Shown: positions 18,301-28,244 of the stretch, piece after piece
Layout of the letters: each line of letters begins with the position of its first letter
Numbering within the stretch: position 1 is the stretch's first letter
NCBI GenBank assembly: GCA_027064425.1
Contig: JAMOPO010000029.1
Coordinates: 1-42,185 of the forward strand
Length of the DNA: 42,185 bases
Source of the DNA: Methanobacteriota archaeon
Lineage (GTDB): Archaea > JAADCQ01 > Methanopyri > Methanopyrales > Methanopyraceae
Reading direction: 5' to 3'
The notes under the pieces: generated by a model
Told to the model about the DNA's origin: nothing
The model's database searches: none
The model's input: only the letters and a program-made list of their open reading frames with translations
Translations under genes and position numbers: made by a program

Positions 18301-19524
18301 ATGGCCGTTCAGATCGCCCAGCTCTCCTGCGGTACCGAGTACAGCGGGGTCCAGCCCGAGATCGAGCGCGCCGCCGAGCGCGTGGGCGCCGAGATCGTCT
18401 TCCCCGAGGTGGACCTGGACCTGATCGAGGAGGCGTGCGAGGAGATCGGGTACCGACCCAAGAGCGCGAACCTCCGCGTGCTCCTGGCCCGGGCGTACGC
18501 GCTCGCGGAGGGCTACGCCGAGGCGGACGCGGTGCTCATCCTCACCTGCTTCCGGTGCGCCGAGGGCGCGCTGGTTCGCAGCGAGGCCCGGCGCTACCTC
18601 CAGGAGCGGACCGACCTGCCCGTGGTCACGTACTCCTTCACCGAGGACCTCGACGCGGGCGAGCTGCTCACCCGGCTCGAGGCGCTGGTCACCATCGTGG
18701 AGCGGAAGGGCCTCCTCGCCCGGAAGCGCCAGGAGGGGCTCACGCTCGGGATCGACTCCGGCTCGACCACGACCAAGGCGGTGGTGATGGAGGACGACGA
18801 GGTCATCGGGACCGGCTGGGTTCGCACGACCAAGGTCGTCGAGTCCGCCGAGAAGGCCGTCGAGCGGGCCCTCGAGGAGGCCGGTTACGAGCTGGACGAC
18901 ATCGAGGCGATCGGCGTGACCGGGTACGGCCGCTTCACCCTCGGCAAGCACTTCGACGCCGACCTCGTACAGGAGGAGCTCACGGTCAACTCCAAGGGTA
19001 CCGTGTACCTGGGCGGCAAGCAGGAGGGCGGGGCCACGGTCATCGACGTGGGCGGGATGGACAACAAGGCGATCACCGTCTGGGACGGCATCCCGGACAA
19101 CTTCACCATGGGCGGCGTGTGCGCGGGAGCCTCCGGCCGCTTCCTCGAGGTGGCCGCCGACCGGATCGGGGTCGACCTCGAGGAGTTCGGAGAGCTCGCC
19201 GTGAAGGGTGACCCCGAGAACGTCCGCCTCGACAGCTACTGCATCGTGTTCGGGATCCAGGACCTCGTGACGGCGCTCGCCGAGGGCGCCGACCCGGAGG
19301 ACGCCGCGGCCGCCGCCTGCTACAGCGTCGCCGAGCAGCTCTACGAGCAGCAGCTTCAAGAGATCGACATCCGAGAGCCCGTGTTCTTCGTCGGAGGCGC
19401 CTCCCTGATCAAGGGCATGGTGAGGGCGCTGGAGGACGTGATCGGCGTCGAGGTGCGCGTACCGCCCCACTCCCAGTACATCGGCGCCGTCGGCGCCGCC
19501 CTCCTGGCCTCCAACTACGTGTAA
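18301..19524 (+). CDS. mmp15: Methanogenesis marker protein 15 (ASKHA/activator-type ATPase)
   Basis: [50 protein letters not shown]. Confidence 0.92.
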   Translation: MAVQIAQLSCGTEYSGVQPEIERAAERVGAEIVFPEVDLDLIEEACEEIGYRPKSANLRVLLARAYALAEGYAEADAVLILTCFRCAEGALVRSEARRYLQERTDLPVVTYSFTEDLDAGELLTRLEALVTIVERKGLLARKRQEGLTLGIDSGSTTTKAVVMEDDEVIGTGWVRTTKVVESAEKAVERALEEAGYELDDIEAIGVTGYGRFTLGKHFDADLVQEELTVNSKGTVYLGGKQEGGATVIDVGGMDNKAITVWDGIPDNFTMGGVCAGASGRFLEVAADRIGVDLEEFGELAVKGDPENVRLDSYCIVFGIQDLVTALAEGADPEDAAAAACYSVAEQLYEQQLQEIDIREPVFFVGGASLIKGMVRALEDVIGVEVRVPPHSQYIGAVGAALLASNYV

Positions 19525-19527
19525 GGG

Positions 19528-20151
19528 GTGCCGCGCGTGTACGAGCACCGCGGCAGGCGCATCCTCGTCGCCGCCAGCGAGCCCGAGGCCGCCGAGCTCT
19601 ACTACGACATAGCCCGTCACGCCATGACCGACCTCGGCCTCGCCCGCACCGTCACCGCCGCCGTCTTCCACATCGACATCCAGGCCCCCATCTTCGCCGC
19701 CGCCGTCCGCACCCGACCCACCGTCAAGCCAATCACCCTCGGCCAGGTCGCCACCCTCGAGCACGACGAGGAGGAGAACACCCTGCGCGTCACCATCCGC
19801 GTCGAGCGGCACGCCCCCCGGACCCTCACCGCCCTCCAACGCGTCTTCGGCGAGGAGCGCGTGCACCAGGAGGAGCGCTTCGAGATCGAGGTCGACCTCC
19901 CCGAGGACTTCACCGAGGAGCACCTCGAACGCCTCCAGAGCCTCGTCGTCCACGACCCGCGGGAGCGCCTCACCCAGCGCGTGCACGACCTGATCGAGCG
20001 CGTCCGACCCGAGGGGTTCCGCGTCGCCCGCTACGCCCGCGTCGCCAACGATTACCTCTACGCCGCCACCGAGGGCCGGTTCCGAGAGGAGTGGTCGGAG
20101 CTGCTCATGGAGCTCCCGGGCGAGCTCGACCGCGTCGAAGGGGGCGAGTGA
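19528..20151 (+). CDS. mmp17: Methanogenesis marker protein 17
   Basis: Position after mmp15; RVRPEGFRV motif. Confidence 0.8.
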   Translation: MPRVYEHRGRRILVAASEPEAAELYYDIARHAMTDLGLARTVTAAVFHIDIQAPIFAAAVRTRPTVKPITLGQVATLEHDEEENTLRVTIRVERHAPRTLTALQRVFGEERVHQEERFEIEVDLPEDFTEEHLERLQSLVVHDPRERLTQRVHDLIERVRPEGFRVARYARVANDYLYAATEGRFREEWSELLMELPGELDRVEGGE

Positions 20152-21000
20152 GTGAAAGTTGACCACCCGTGCTACACCGGCGAGCACGCCAAGTTCGTGA
20201 AACTCCACCTGCCGATCGGCGGGCGCTGCAACATCCACTGCCGGTTCTGCGAGTCCGGGCTCGAGCACGAGGGACAGACCGCCGACTACCCCGGCCGCAC
20301 GGTACGGACCCTATCCCCCGAGGAGGTCGAGCGCCTCCTCCGCAACGCGCGCCGAGAGTGCGGCCGGATCGACGTGGTCGGCATCGCCGGGCCCGGCGAC
20401 CCCCTCGCCAACTGGGACGAGACGCGCACCGCCCTCGAGATCGCCGCCGAGACCGCCCCCGAGGCGAAGCGGTGCCTCTCCACCAACGGCGTCTGGCTCG
20501 AGCAGTACCTGCCCGAACTGCGCCGCCTCGTCCACGCCATCACGATCACCGTGAACACCCTCGACCCCGAGACCGCCGAGCGGATCTACGACCGGGCCGT
20601 CAACGAGGACGGCGAGACCCTCACCGGCCCCGAGGCCGCACGCTGGATCGTCGAGCGCCAGGAGCGAGCCCTCGACCTCCTCTCCGAGGAGCGCTACCTC
20701 CTCAAGAAGGTCAACTTCGTCCTCATCCCGGAGGTGAACGAGGACGACGTCGAGGAGGTCGCGAAGCGCGCCGCCGACGCCGGCTTCCACGCCATGAACG
20801 TCATCCCACTCCTCCCCGGCGGAGACCTCCGAGACCACCGACCACCCACCTGCCGAGAGCTCTCCCGCGCCCGCGACCGGGCCGAGCGCTACCTCCCCGT
20901 CATGCGCCGCTGCCGACAGTGCCGGGCCGACGTGCTGCACTGCCACGGCCGACCCCGGCTCATCTGGGAGCTGCTTGAGAAGGACGAGGGGGACGACTAG
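20152..21000 (+). CDS. nifB: NifB-like radical SAM protein
   Basis: HPC, CNIHCRFC, VVGIAGPGDPLAN, CLSTNG, C-terminal CRQCRAD. Confidence 0.85.
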   Translation: MKVDHPCYTGEHAKFVKLHLPIGGRCNIHCRFCESGLEHEGQTADYPGRTVRTLSPEEVERLLRNARRECGRIDVVGIAGPGDPLANWDETRTALEIAAETAPEAKRCLSTNGVWLEQYLPELRRLVHAITITVNTLDPETAERIYDRAVNEDGETLTGPEAARWIVERQERALDLLSEERYLLKKVNFVLIPEVNEDDVEEVAKRAADAGFHAMNVIPLLPGGDLRDHRPPTCRELSRARDRAERYLPVMRRCRQCRADVLHCHGRPRLIWELLEKDEGDD

Positions 21001-21896
21001 TGTACGAGACCGTGATCTACGAGGGCGGCGTGTACAAGGCCGACGAGATGCGCGAGCTGGTCGAGGACCTCGGCGGCTTCATCCTCCAGGAGCACAAGAT
21101 GCAGCTCGAGATCCACATGATCATGGCCGTCCCGATCGAGGACCTCGACGTCGTCGAGGAGAAGGCCGAGGAGCTCCTCGGCGAGATCAAGCGCGTCCCC
21201 CTCGCCGGCACCGAGATCGCCGTCGTCGGCATGAGCCTCGCCCGGCACCACATGCCCCACCCCGTCTGCGACATCGCCGAGTACCTCCGCCGCCACGGCG
21301 CCCGCACCAACGTCATCGGCCTCGCCCGCGGCTACGGGAGAGAGCTCGCCCAGCTGAGACCCCGAGAGAAGCGCCTGCTCGAGGAGCACGACCTCGTCGT
21401 CTTCGTCGTCGGCAACTTCCGAGACTGCATCGAGAAGTACAAGCTCCCGCTCATCCGACGCATCGAGCGCGTGCCCGTGGTCGTCGTCGGCGGGCCCGAG
21501 GAGATCGACGCCGACGACGTCACCTACATCGGCGGCGTCGGCCGCAAGCCCTACCGATTCCGCAAGGGCCGCGAGATCACCAAGCTCGACGAGATCGCCG
21601 ACACCGTCTCCAGGCTCATCGAGGAGCGCCGAAAGGAGCTCGCCGAGGACCCACCCGCCGTCCCACCCATGCTCGTGAAGGACCGCCTCACCCGAGAGCT
21701 GCCCCTCCGAGACCGAGACGTCGTCCTACAGCTCGACGGCGTCCGCGTCCACCGACCCTACCGGAAGTGGAGCGACCGCCTCGCCCGCGTCGAGATCCAC
21801 GACCGAAAACTCGAAGAAGTGGCCCGAATACGGCCCTCGGAGATCCGCGGTCACACCCTGATAAAGATAAAACCGAAGAGCGAGGTCGAGGTCTAG
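21000..21896 (+). CDS. mmp7: Methanogenesis marker protein 7
   Basis: YEGGVYK, EDLGG, HHMPHP.CDIAEYLR, IGLARG, GNF..CI. Confidence 0.9.
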   Translation: MYETVIYEGGVYKADEMRELVEDLGGFILQEHKMQLEIHMIMAVPIEDLDVVEEKAEELLGEIKRVPLAGTEIAVVGMSLARHHMPHPVCDIAEYLRRHGARTNVIGLARGYGRELAQLRPREKRLLEEHDLVVFVVGNFRDCIEKYKLPLIRRIERVPVVVVGGPEEIDADDVTYIGGVGRKPYRFRKGREITKLDEIADTVSRLIEERRKELAEDPPAVPPMLVKDRLTRELPLRDRDVVLQLDGVRVHRPYRKWSDRLARVEIHDRKLEEVARIRPSEIRGHTLIKIKPKSEVEV

Positions 21897-21965
21897 GACG
21901 ACCACGACGAGCGAAGGCAACCAGGTGAAGAGAGTGAGAATGAGGGGGAGGCGGGGGGCGGGGCC

Positions 21966-23288
21966 GTGGCGGGGGACAACCAGGCCCGGACCCGCGCACC
22001 CAAGGCGGGCATACACGACCGCCGCGTCCTGGTTATTGAAGTTTTCCCCGGCCTCACCCCGCCCAGGAGCCTCCTAAGGGACCTCAACCGCGAGGAGCGA
22101 AAGCTCCTCCTCGCCGCCGCCGGCCACCCCGACCTCCACTTCTGGGCCCGAAACACCATCGCCTACCTCTTCGACCACCCCACCCCCCTCCTCCTCGCCG
22201 CCGAACGACACGAGCGCATCCTCCCCACCGCCGTCCGCACCGTCGTCGAGCACCTGACCAACGACCCCAAGCGAGCCGACAAGGCCGCCCGGCTGGTACG
22301 AAAGGGCCACACCCCCCGCGAGGCCACCACCCACGCCGCCGGCCCCGACACCGCCCGCACCACCGCCCGAATCCTCGGCCGCACCCTGGGCTACATCCAG
22401 TCGGACCCGCTGACCATCGCCCTCACCCTCCAGGTCCTGGGCGTGCTGCTCACAGCACCGCACCGACTGCGACCGCTGACCCACATCCTCGTCGTGATCC
22501 CCGAGCTCAAGCACCTGAACATCCACCCGGAGCGCCTCGCCCGCCGCGTCTACTCCACCCTCTACCGCGCCCTCCGCACCCTCGACATCCCCCGCCACCT
22601 GACCCTCCGCGTCTACCTGAAGCGCGAGGACGGCCGCCTCGAGGACCCGCGCGGCGAGCCCACGGAGACCTTCCTGGTCGAGGCCTACGAGGAGCTCTTC
22701 CACCACCGACCGCACGCCGGCGGCAAGCACTTCCCGCCCCACGACCGCACCGCGCACGTCACCGCCTGGGCCCACGCCCTCGCCCGCGCCCTCACCGACC
22801 GCGTCCGCCGAGACCTACACCGGCGCGGGCTACGCGCCGCCCAGCGCGCCAAGCAACGCGGAGAGGACCCCAACGACGCCTACCAGCGAGAGCGCAACAA
22901 GTGGCTCAAACGCTGGTTCCGCCGCGGCCGAGCCTGGCTCAAGCACCACCGACCCGCCCCAACCCTCTCCCGACTCTCCGCCCACTTCGTCCTCCGGGAG
23001 GCCGGCACCGAGCTCCTGCACACCCCCGGATTCCTGGCCCGCGTGACGCGCACCACCCTCCGAACCCTGCTTCGAGCGGGGAACCTGACCCGGATCGGCG
23101 TCCGGCAGACGGTCCGACGCGTCGCCCGGAAGCTGGTCGAGAGGTTCCAACCCACCCCGGATCAGGCCAAGCACATCCTGAAGCTCCTGCGCCGAGCACG
23201 CCGCCGAGTGCTCGGTGACAGGACGCTGCTGGAGGCCTTTGGGACCCCATCGCGGCTCGAGGCGCTGGCCCGCAGCCCGCCCGGCTGA
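21966..23288 (+). CDS. Orphan, very basic (R/H/T/L-rich) hypothetical protein
   Basis: 440-codon ORF filling the gap, with the same C-ending codon bias as neighbouring genes; no family recognised, start uncertain. Confidence 0.6.
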   Translation: MAGDNQARTRAPKAGIHDRRVLVIEVFPGLTPPRSLLRDLNREERKLLLAAAGHPDLHFWARNTIAYLFDHPTPLLLAAERHERILPTAVRTVVEHLTNDPKRADKAARLVRKGHTPREATTHAAGPDTARTTARILGRTLGYIQSDPLTIALTLQVLGVLLTAPHRLRPLTHILVVIPELKHLNIHPERLARRVYSTLYRALRTLDIPRHLTLRVYLKREDGRLEDPRGEPTETFLVEAYEELFHHRPHAGGKHFPPHDRTAHVTAWAHALARALTDRVRRDLHRRGLRAAQRAKQRGEDPNDAYQRERNKWLKRWFRRGRAWLKHHRPAPTLSRLSAHFVLREAGTELLHTPGFLARVTRTTLRTLLRAGNLTRIGVRQTVRRVARKLVERFQPTPDQAKHILKLLRRARRRVLGDRTLLEAFGTPSRLEALARSPPG

Positions 23289-23340
23289 GTTGAAACCACG
23301 GGCGCAAGCCGCGCGACCCGGGGTGGGACCGGGGCCGCAG

Positions 23341-23662
23341 ATCGTTAAGAAGTTCGAAACAATGTGACACACGCTTGTCGTGCCGTTAAGAACGCACCCA
23401 GGGCGCTCAGAAAAGTGTTTTTCCTGAAGCTAACGAGACCACAAAACACAACCCTAAGCGCTGCCTTCATCGCGCTAATACCCGGCTAACCAAATAGATA
23501 ACCAAATAACCTGGTATTTGGACCAATATCTAACTTGAACCGAGCTTAAGTGATGACAGGCTGAAGCCGGTTGTCAGCCTTGATTCATGCGTTCTTTAAC
23601 CCGGGCGCGTCCCCCGGCGGGGCTGTGATCGGTTGGTTCCGGTTCGCTCGACCGTTGTTTCG
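23341..23662. other. AT-rich symmetric intergenic region; candidate replication origin
   Basis: Longest AT-enriched noncoding stretch in the window, with nested inverted repeats, sitting at a C-rich to G-rich strand switch. Confidence 0.55.
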
Positions 23663-23734
23663 GGATCGCGCGGCGGCTGGGTGAAGCTTCTTATCCCGCG
23701 GTCCGGTGGGGGAGACGGCCGGGGCGGGTTCGCC

Positions 23735-24607
23735 GTGCGGGTGGCCGCGTTCGCGGCGGAGTTTTACTCGCGGCTGCCGGAGGGCGTGTTCCGTGAGTTC
23801 GTGCGGGAGCCGGAGCGGCGGGAGTGGGCGTTCACGGTGGAGCGGGGTGGCGACCTGGTCTTCGTGCGGAAGCGTCGGTGGGACGAGGTGGAGGGGTTCG
23901 TGGAGCTGTACCACTCGGTGGGTCGGTTCGAGGAGCCGACGAGGTGGGAGGGGTTGACGGGCTGGGATTTGGTGCTGGACGTGGACGCGGAGCTGCCGGA
24001 GGATGCGGAGGGGTTCTTGCGGGAGCTGGGGGAGCTGTTGAGGGGTGTGGTTCGGGTGTGTGAGGAGCTGCGTCGGGTGGTGGGTCTGCCGGCGCCGGAC
24101 GTGATCAACTTCTCGGGGTCGAAGGGGTTTCATGTGCGGTACTTCTTTGAGTCGATTAGGAACAGGTTGAGGTGGGGGGAGCACTTGGGGAGGGGGTTGG
24201 ACGTGGAGGAGCTGGTTAGGGGGTTGGGTCGTGGGTTGGTCTGGTTGGCGGAGGAGGGGTTCATTGGTGGTGGGGTGGGTGAGCTGTTGGATGAGTCGAT
24301 GTACGAGTTGAAGCGGTTGATTCGGTGTGTGGGTTCTTTGAACGCTAAGTCGTTGTTGCCGGCGGTGCCGGTGTGGTGTAAGTGGGAGGGTTCGTGGCGG
24401 GAGTTCAGGGAGAGGGTGTTGGATGGGAGTGGGTTGGAGGTGGGTTGTTGGGTGGTTCGGAGGGTGTTGACGTGGCCGGGTGGTGGGTTGGTGGAGGTGT
24501 TGGATCGGGTGCTGGGGTTGGAGGTGGATGTCGGTGTGCGGGGGTTGGAGGAGTTCGTGGGTGTGTGGGAGGAGGTTCAGGAGGCGTTGGGGGAGATGAA
24601 GGGGTGA
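23735..24607 (+). CDS. priS: DNA primase small subunit
   Basis: REWAF, Y.S...E.P, WDLVLDVDA, FSGSKGFHV, RLIR..GSLN.KS.L. Confidence 0.9.
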   Translation: MRVAAFAAEFYSRLPEGVFREFVREPERREWAFTVERGGDLVFVRKRRWDEVEGFVELYHSVGRFEEPTRWEGLTGWDLVLDVDAELPEDAEGFLRELGELLRGVVRVCEELRRVVGLPAPDVINFSGSKGFHVRYFFESIRNRLRWGEHLGRGLDVEELVRGLGRGLVWLAEEGFIGGGVGELLDESMYELKRLIRCVGSLNAKSLLPAVPVWCKWEGSWREFRERVLDGSGLEVGCWVVRRVLTWPGGGLVEVLDRVLGLEVDVGVRGLEEFVGVWEEVQEALGEMKG

Positions 24608-25179
24608 GGTTCGTGGTCCCGTTCGCGGATCGGGGTGAGCGGAAGACGCGGTTGTCTTCGTGCATGGATGAGCGGACGCGGGAGGAGTTCGCGCTGGCGA
24701 TGTTGCGGCACGTGGTGCGGGTGCTCTCGGGGTTCGGTGAGGTGGAGGTGGTGACGCCGGACGAGGAGTTGTCGGTGCCGGGGGCGTCGGTGCGGTGCAG
24801 TGAGGCGGGGTTGAACGAGCTGCCGCTGCCGGTGGGGGAGCGGTTCGGGGTGGTGGTGTCGGATCTGCCGTTGCTGTCGGAGGAGGATGTGGAGCGGGCG
24901 TTGGAGGCGTTGGAGGGGGCGGACGTGGTGCTGTGTCCGGCGCGGCGAGGTGGTACGTCGGGGGTGTTCGTGCGGGAGGGGGTGCGGTTCCGGCCGGTGT
25001 TCGGTGGGGTGAGCTTTCCGAGGAACTTGGAGCGGGCTCGTGGGCGTGGGTTGGAGGTGCGGGTGGTGCGGTCGTTGGGGTTCTTTGCGGACGTGGACGT
25101 GCCGGAGGATCTAGTGGACGTGGCGCTCTTGGGTGAGGGTGAGGTGGCGCGGTTGGCGCGGTCGGTTGTGTCCGTGTGA
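24604..25179 (+). CDS. cofC: 2-phospho-L-lactate/PEP guanylyltransferase (F420 synthesis)
   Basis: VPF....KTRLS, AML..V, SDLPLL, P.R.GGT, DVDVPEDL. Confidence 0.92.
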   Translation: MRFVVPFADRGERKTRLSSCMDERTREEFALAMLRHVVRVLSGFGEVEVVTPDEELSVPGASVRCSEAGLNELPLPVGERFGVVVSDLPLLSEEDVERALEALEGADVVLCPARRGGTSGVFVREGVRFRPVFGGVSFPRNLERARGRGLEVRVVRSLGFFADVDVPEDLVDVALLGEGEVARLARSVVSV

Positions 25180-25238
25180 GTTCGACGCTCGGGGTGGGGG
25201 GCTCGGCTGAAAGGTCGGGTGTCGGGTCGGCGTAGGGG

Positions 25239-26327
25239 GTGTGGGTCTTGGTCTCTCGGGAGGAGGTTTGGGAGGTGTTGGAGGAGTACGATGTGGAGGA
25301 TCTGTCGATCGCGACGCTGGGGAGTCACACGGCGCTGCACATCCTGCGGGGGGCGAAGGAGGAGGGGTTCCGGTCGGTGGTGGTGTGTGAGGAGGGTCGG
25401 ACGGCGCCGTACGAGCGGTTGGGTGTGGCGGACGAGATCATCGTGGTGGAGTCGTTCGAGGAGGTGGTGGATGAGGAGGTGCAGGAGCGGCTGCGGGAGT
25501 TGAACGCGATCGTGGTGCCGCACGGGTCGTTCGTGGCGTACGTGGGCGTGGATCGGATCGAGGAGGAGCTGTACGTGCCGATCTTCGGGAATCGGTGGCT
25601 GCTGCGGTGGGAGAGCGAGCGGGAGCTGGAGCGGGAGCTGTTGGAGCGGGCCGGGGTGAAGGTGCCGAGGGTGTTCGAGTCGCCGGAGGAGATCGATCGG
25701 CCGGTGATCGTGAAGTTCCCGGGGGCGCGGGGTGGTCGTGGCTACTTCATCTGTTCGAGTCCGGAGGAGTTCGAGGAGAAGGTGGAGAAGATGATCGAGC
25801 GGGGGTACCTGGACGAGGAGGACGTGGAGCGGGCGCACATTGAGGAGTACGTGGTGGGGACGAACTTCTGCGTGCACTACTTCCGGTCGGTCGTGGAGGA
25901 CACGGTGGAGGTTCTGGGGATGGATCGGCGGTACGAGACGAACATTGATGGGCTGGTGCGGATGCCGGCGCGGGATCAGCTGGAGGTGGATCTGGAGCCC
26001 TCGTTCGTGATCTCTGGGAACGTGCCGGTGGTGGTGCGGGAGTCGCTGCTGGTGCAGCTGTACGAGATGGGTGACCGGGTGGTGGAGGCGTCGGAGGAGA
26101 TTCGGGAGCCGGGGTTGATCGGGCCGTTCTGCCTGCAGACGCTGTGCACGGAGGACCTGGAGTTCTACGTGTTCGAGCTGTCGGCGCGGATCGACGGTGG
26201 TACGAACGTCACGTTCCTGCCGTACGCGTTCCTGAAGTTCGGTGAGGTGTTCACGATGGGGCGGCGGATCGCGCGGGAGATTCGGGAGGCGCGGGAGCGC
26301 GGTGTGCTGCGGGAGGTGGTCACGTAG
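25239..26327 (+). CDS. purP: AICAR formyltransferase PurP (ATP-grasp)
   Basis: IATLGSHTAL.I..GAK.EGF, PHGSFVAY, FGNR, GGRGYF, FELSARIDGGTN, MGRRIARE. Confidence 0.93.
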   Translation: MWVLVSREEVWEVLEEYDVEDLSIATLGSHTALHILRGAKEEGFRSVVVCEEGRTAPYERLGVADEIIVVESFEEVVDEEVQERLRELNAIVVPHGSFVAYVGVDRIEEELYVPIFGNRWLLRWESERELERELLERAGVKVPRVFESPEEIDRPVIVKFPGARGGRGYFICSSPEEFEEKVEKMIERGYLDEEDVERAHIEEYVVGTNFCVHYFRSVVEDTVEVLGMDRRYETNIDGLVRMPARDQLEVDLEPSFVISGNVPVVVRESLLVQLYEMGDRVVEASEEIREPGLIGPFCLQTLCTEDLEFYVFELSARIDGGTNVTFLPYAFLKFGEVFTMGRRIAREIREARERGVLREVVT

Positions 26328-26330
26328 GGG

Positions 26331-27626
26331 GTGCCGCTCGCCCTGCTCCTTCTGGTCTCCGGGCACGATCCTACGGGGGCGGGTTTGAGGGCGGACGTGG
26401 CGACGGCGGAGGCGCTGGGCGTGCCGCACGTCTCGGTGGTCACGCTGCTCTCGGTGCAGGTGGGGGGCGTGGAGGAGGTTCGTCCGGTGGATCGTGACCT
26501 GTTCCGGCGGTGCCTGGAGGAGTACGTGGAGTGGTGCGAGGTGGCGAAGGTGGGGGCGGTGCCGCGGGAGTGGATGTTCGGGGAGCTGGCGGAGCGGCTG
26601 GAGGGGCTGCGGGTGGTCTGGGACCCGGTCTTCGAGGCGGAGAAGGGTGGCGCGCTGTCGGAGGTGGACCCGGGCCGGGCGCTGGAGGTGTTCGGTGAGG
26701 CGGTGGACGTGGTCACGCCGAACGCGCGGGAGTTGGGGGAGTGGGTGGGTCGTCGGGTGAGGTCGGTGTCGGAGGCGGAGGTGGCGGCGCGGGAGCTGTT
26801 GGAGTCGTTCGACTGGGAGGGGGTCCTGGTCACGGGCGGGCACCTGGTGGACCGGTGCGACGTGTGGGTGCCGGCGGAGGGTGAGGCGGTCGCGTGGGAG
26901 CTGCCGGAGGGGGAGGGGGCGCACGGGTCGGGGTGCGTGGTCTCGGCGGCGTTGGCGTGCTACCTGTGCCGTGGGGTGGGGCTGGAGGAGGCGGTGGAGC
27001 GGGCGGTGAGGTTCGCTCGGCGGGCGGTGAGGGGCGCGTTCGAGCTGCCGGTGGGTCGGGTGGTCTCGCCGGGCGCCTGGGTGCGTGAGCGGGCGGCGTT
27101 CGGTCGGGCGGTGCGGAACGTGCTGCGGGCGTTGAGGATGCTGGAGTCGGACCCGGTCTTCGCCCGGGCGGTCCCGCAGGTGGGGATGAACGTGGCGGAG
27201 GTGTTCGATCCGGAGCGGGGGTTGGAGGGGGTGGTGGGGCTCTCGGGTCGGGTGATCTTGGAGGGTGATCGGGTCCGGGTGGTGGGTCGGCCGGTCCCGG
27301 GTGGCTCGAAGCACGTGGGGACGGTGGCGCTGACGGCGCACCGGTTGGATCCGTCGGTGCGGGCGGCGGTGAACGCTCGGTTCGAGGAGGAGCTGGTGGA
27401 GCGGGCGCGGGAGTTGGGGCTTGTGGTGGCGAGTTTTGATCGGTCGGAGGAGCCGGAGGAGGTGGAGTCGACGATGGAGTGGGGGACGCGGGTGGCGTTC
27501 GAGCGGGCGGGTGAGACCCCGGACGTGATTTGGGATGAGGGGGACGTGGGGAAGGAGCCGATGATCCGGGTGCTGGGTGGCAGTGCGGTGGAGGCGGTGT
27601 CGAAGCTGCGGATGCTGCTGGGGTAG
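26331..27626 (+). CDS. thiD: Bifunctional HMP(-P) kinase / thiamine-phosphate synthase ThiDN
   Basis: GHDPTGAGL.AD, DPV, TPNA.E, HGSGC; C-terminal PQVGMN, GSKHV, D.GD.GKEPMI. Confidence 0.92.
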   Translation: MPLALLLLVSGHDPTGAGLRADVATAEALGVPHVSVVTLLSVQVGGVEEVRPVDRDLFRRCLEEYVEWCEVAKVGAVPREWMFGELAERLEGLRVVWDPVFEAEKGGALSEVDPGRALEVFGEAVDVVTPNARELGEWVGRRVRSVSEAEVAARELLESFDWEGVLVTGGHLVDRCDVWVPAEGEAVAWELPEGEGAHGSGCVVSAALACYLCRGVGLEEAVERAVRFARRAVRGAFELPVGRVVSPGAWVRERAAFGRAVRNVLRALRMLESDPVFARAVPQVGMNVAEVFDPERGLEGVVGLSGRVILEGDRVRVVGRPVPGGSKHVGTVALTAHRLDPSVRAAVNARFEEELVERARELGLVVASFDRSEEPEEVESTMEWGTRVAFERAGETPDVIWDEGDVGKEPMIRVLGGSAVEAVSKLRMLLG

Positions 27627-27632
27627 TGCGGC

Positions 27633-28238
27633 ATGTTCGAGCGGCTGGTGTACGTGGACCTGATCTCAAGGAGTCACGCGGAGTTCGCGAAGCGCGCGAT
27701 CCGGAGGCTGTCTCCGCGGGTGGAGGTGGAGGTTAGGTGCCTCTCTCGGTTCGAGCGGGAGGATGAGGCGCTCACGTACGATGGTCGGCTGCGGGACGAG
27801 TCGGCGTGGGAGCGGTTCCTGGAGGTGCTGGAGGAGGCGGAGGAGGACTGGGTGGTCGCGTCGGTGGTGAACGTGCCGCCGGAGGTGCGGGAGGTGGACT
27901 CGGACGCGACGGTGGTGTTGGGGGTGAACACGGGGGATCATCGGAGGACGCTGGAGGCGGCGCGGTTGGCGGACGTGTTGGTGGTGGGTCGTCGGCTGTA
28001 CTCGCCGTCGACGGGGCCTCGGGAGTTCGGTCGGGTGGGTTCCGGGGTGCTGAAGGACGGGACGCTGGTGGTGGACGTGGAGGATCTGGACCTGATGTAC
28101 GCGAGCGAGGGGGTCCCGGTGGTCGCGGTCGTGGTGGCGGAGCGCGGGGTGGAGGGGCTGCGGATGGATCTGCGGGCGGGTCGGTTGAAGCCGCTGGCGG
28201 AGGAGGCGCTGGAGGGGCTCTCGCTCTCGCGGGTGTGA
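27633..28238 (+). CDS. Hypothetical protein
   Basis: ATG-start ORF closely packed in the operon, typical acidic composition. Confidence 0.75.
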   Translation: MFERLVYVDLISRSHAEFAKRAIRRLSPRVEVEVRCLSRFEREDEALTYDGRLRDESAWERFLEVLEEAEEDWVVASVVNVPPEVREVDSDATVVLGVNTGDHRRTLEAARLADVLVVGRRLYSPSTGPREFGRVGSGVLKDGTLVVDVEDLDLMYASEGVPVVAVVVAERGVEGLRMDLRAGRLKPLAEEALEGLSLSRV

Positions 28239-28244
28239 GCGGTC

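Noticed and set aside
23496-23527. dif/Xer site (palindrome with a 6-bp spacer)
   Set aside because: The arms lack the TAA-N6-TTA core, and the skew polarity fits an origin rather than a terminus.
23550-23564. GTGATGA-cagg-CTGA as a box C/D sRNA
   Set aside because: Only 4 nt separate the boxes, so there is no guide; at most an isolated K-loop.
24405-27341. 978-aa minus-strand ORF and the similar long antisense ORFs at 18172-20268, 9294-11222 and 28973-30802
   Set aside because: Shadow frames of well-identified genes; the extreme codon bias removes stop codons on the opposite strand.
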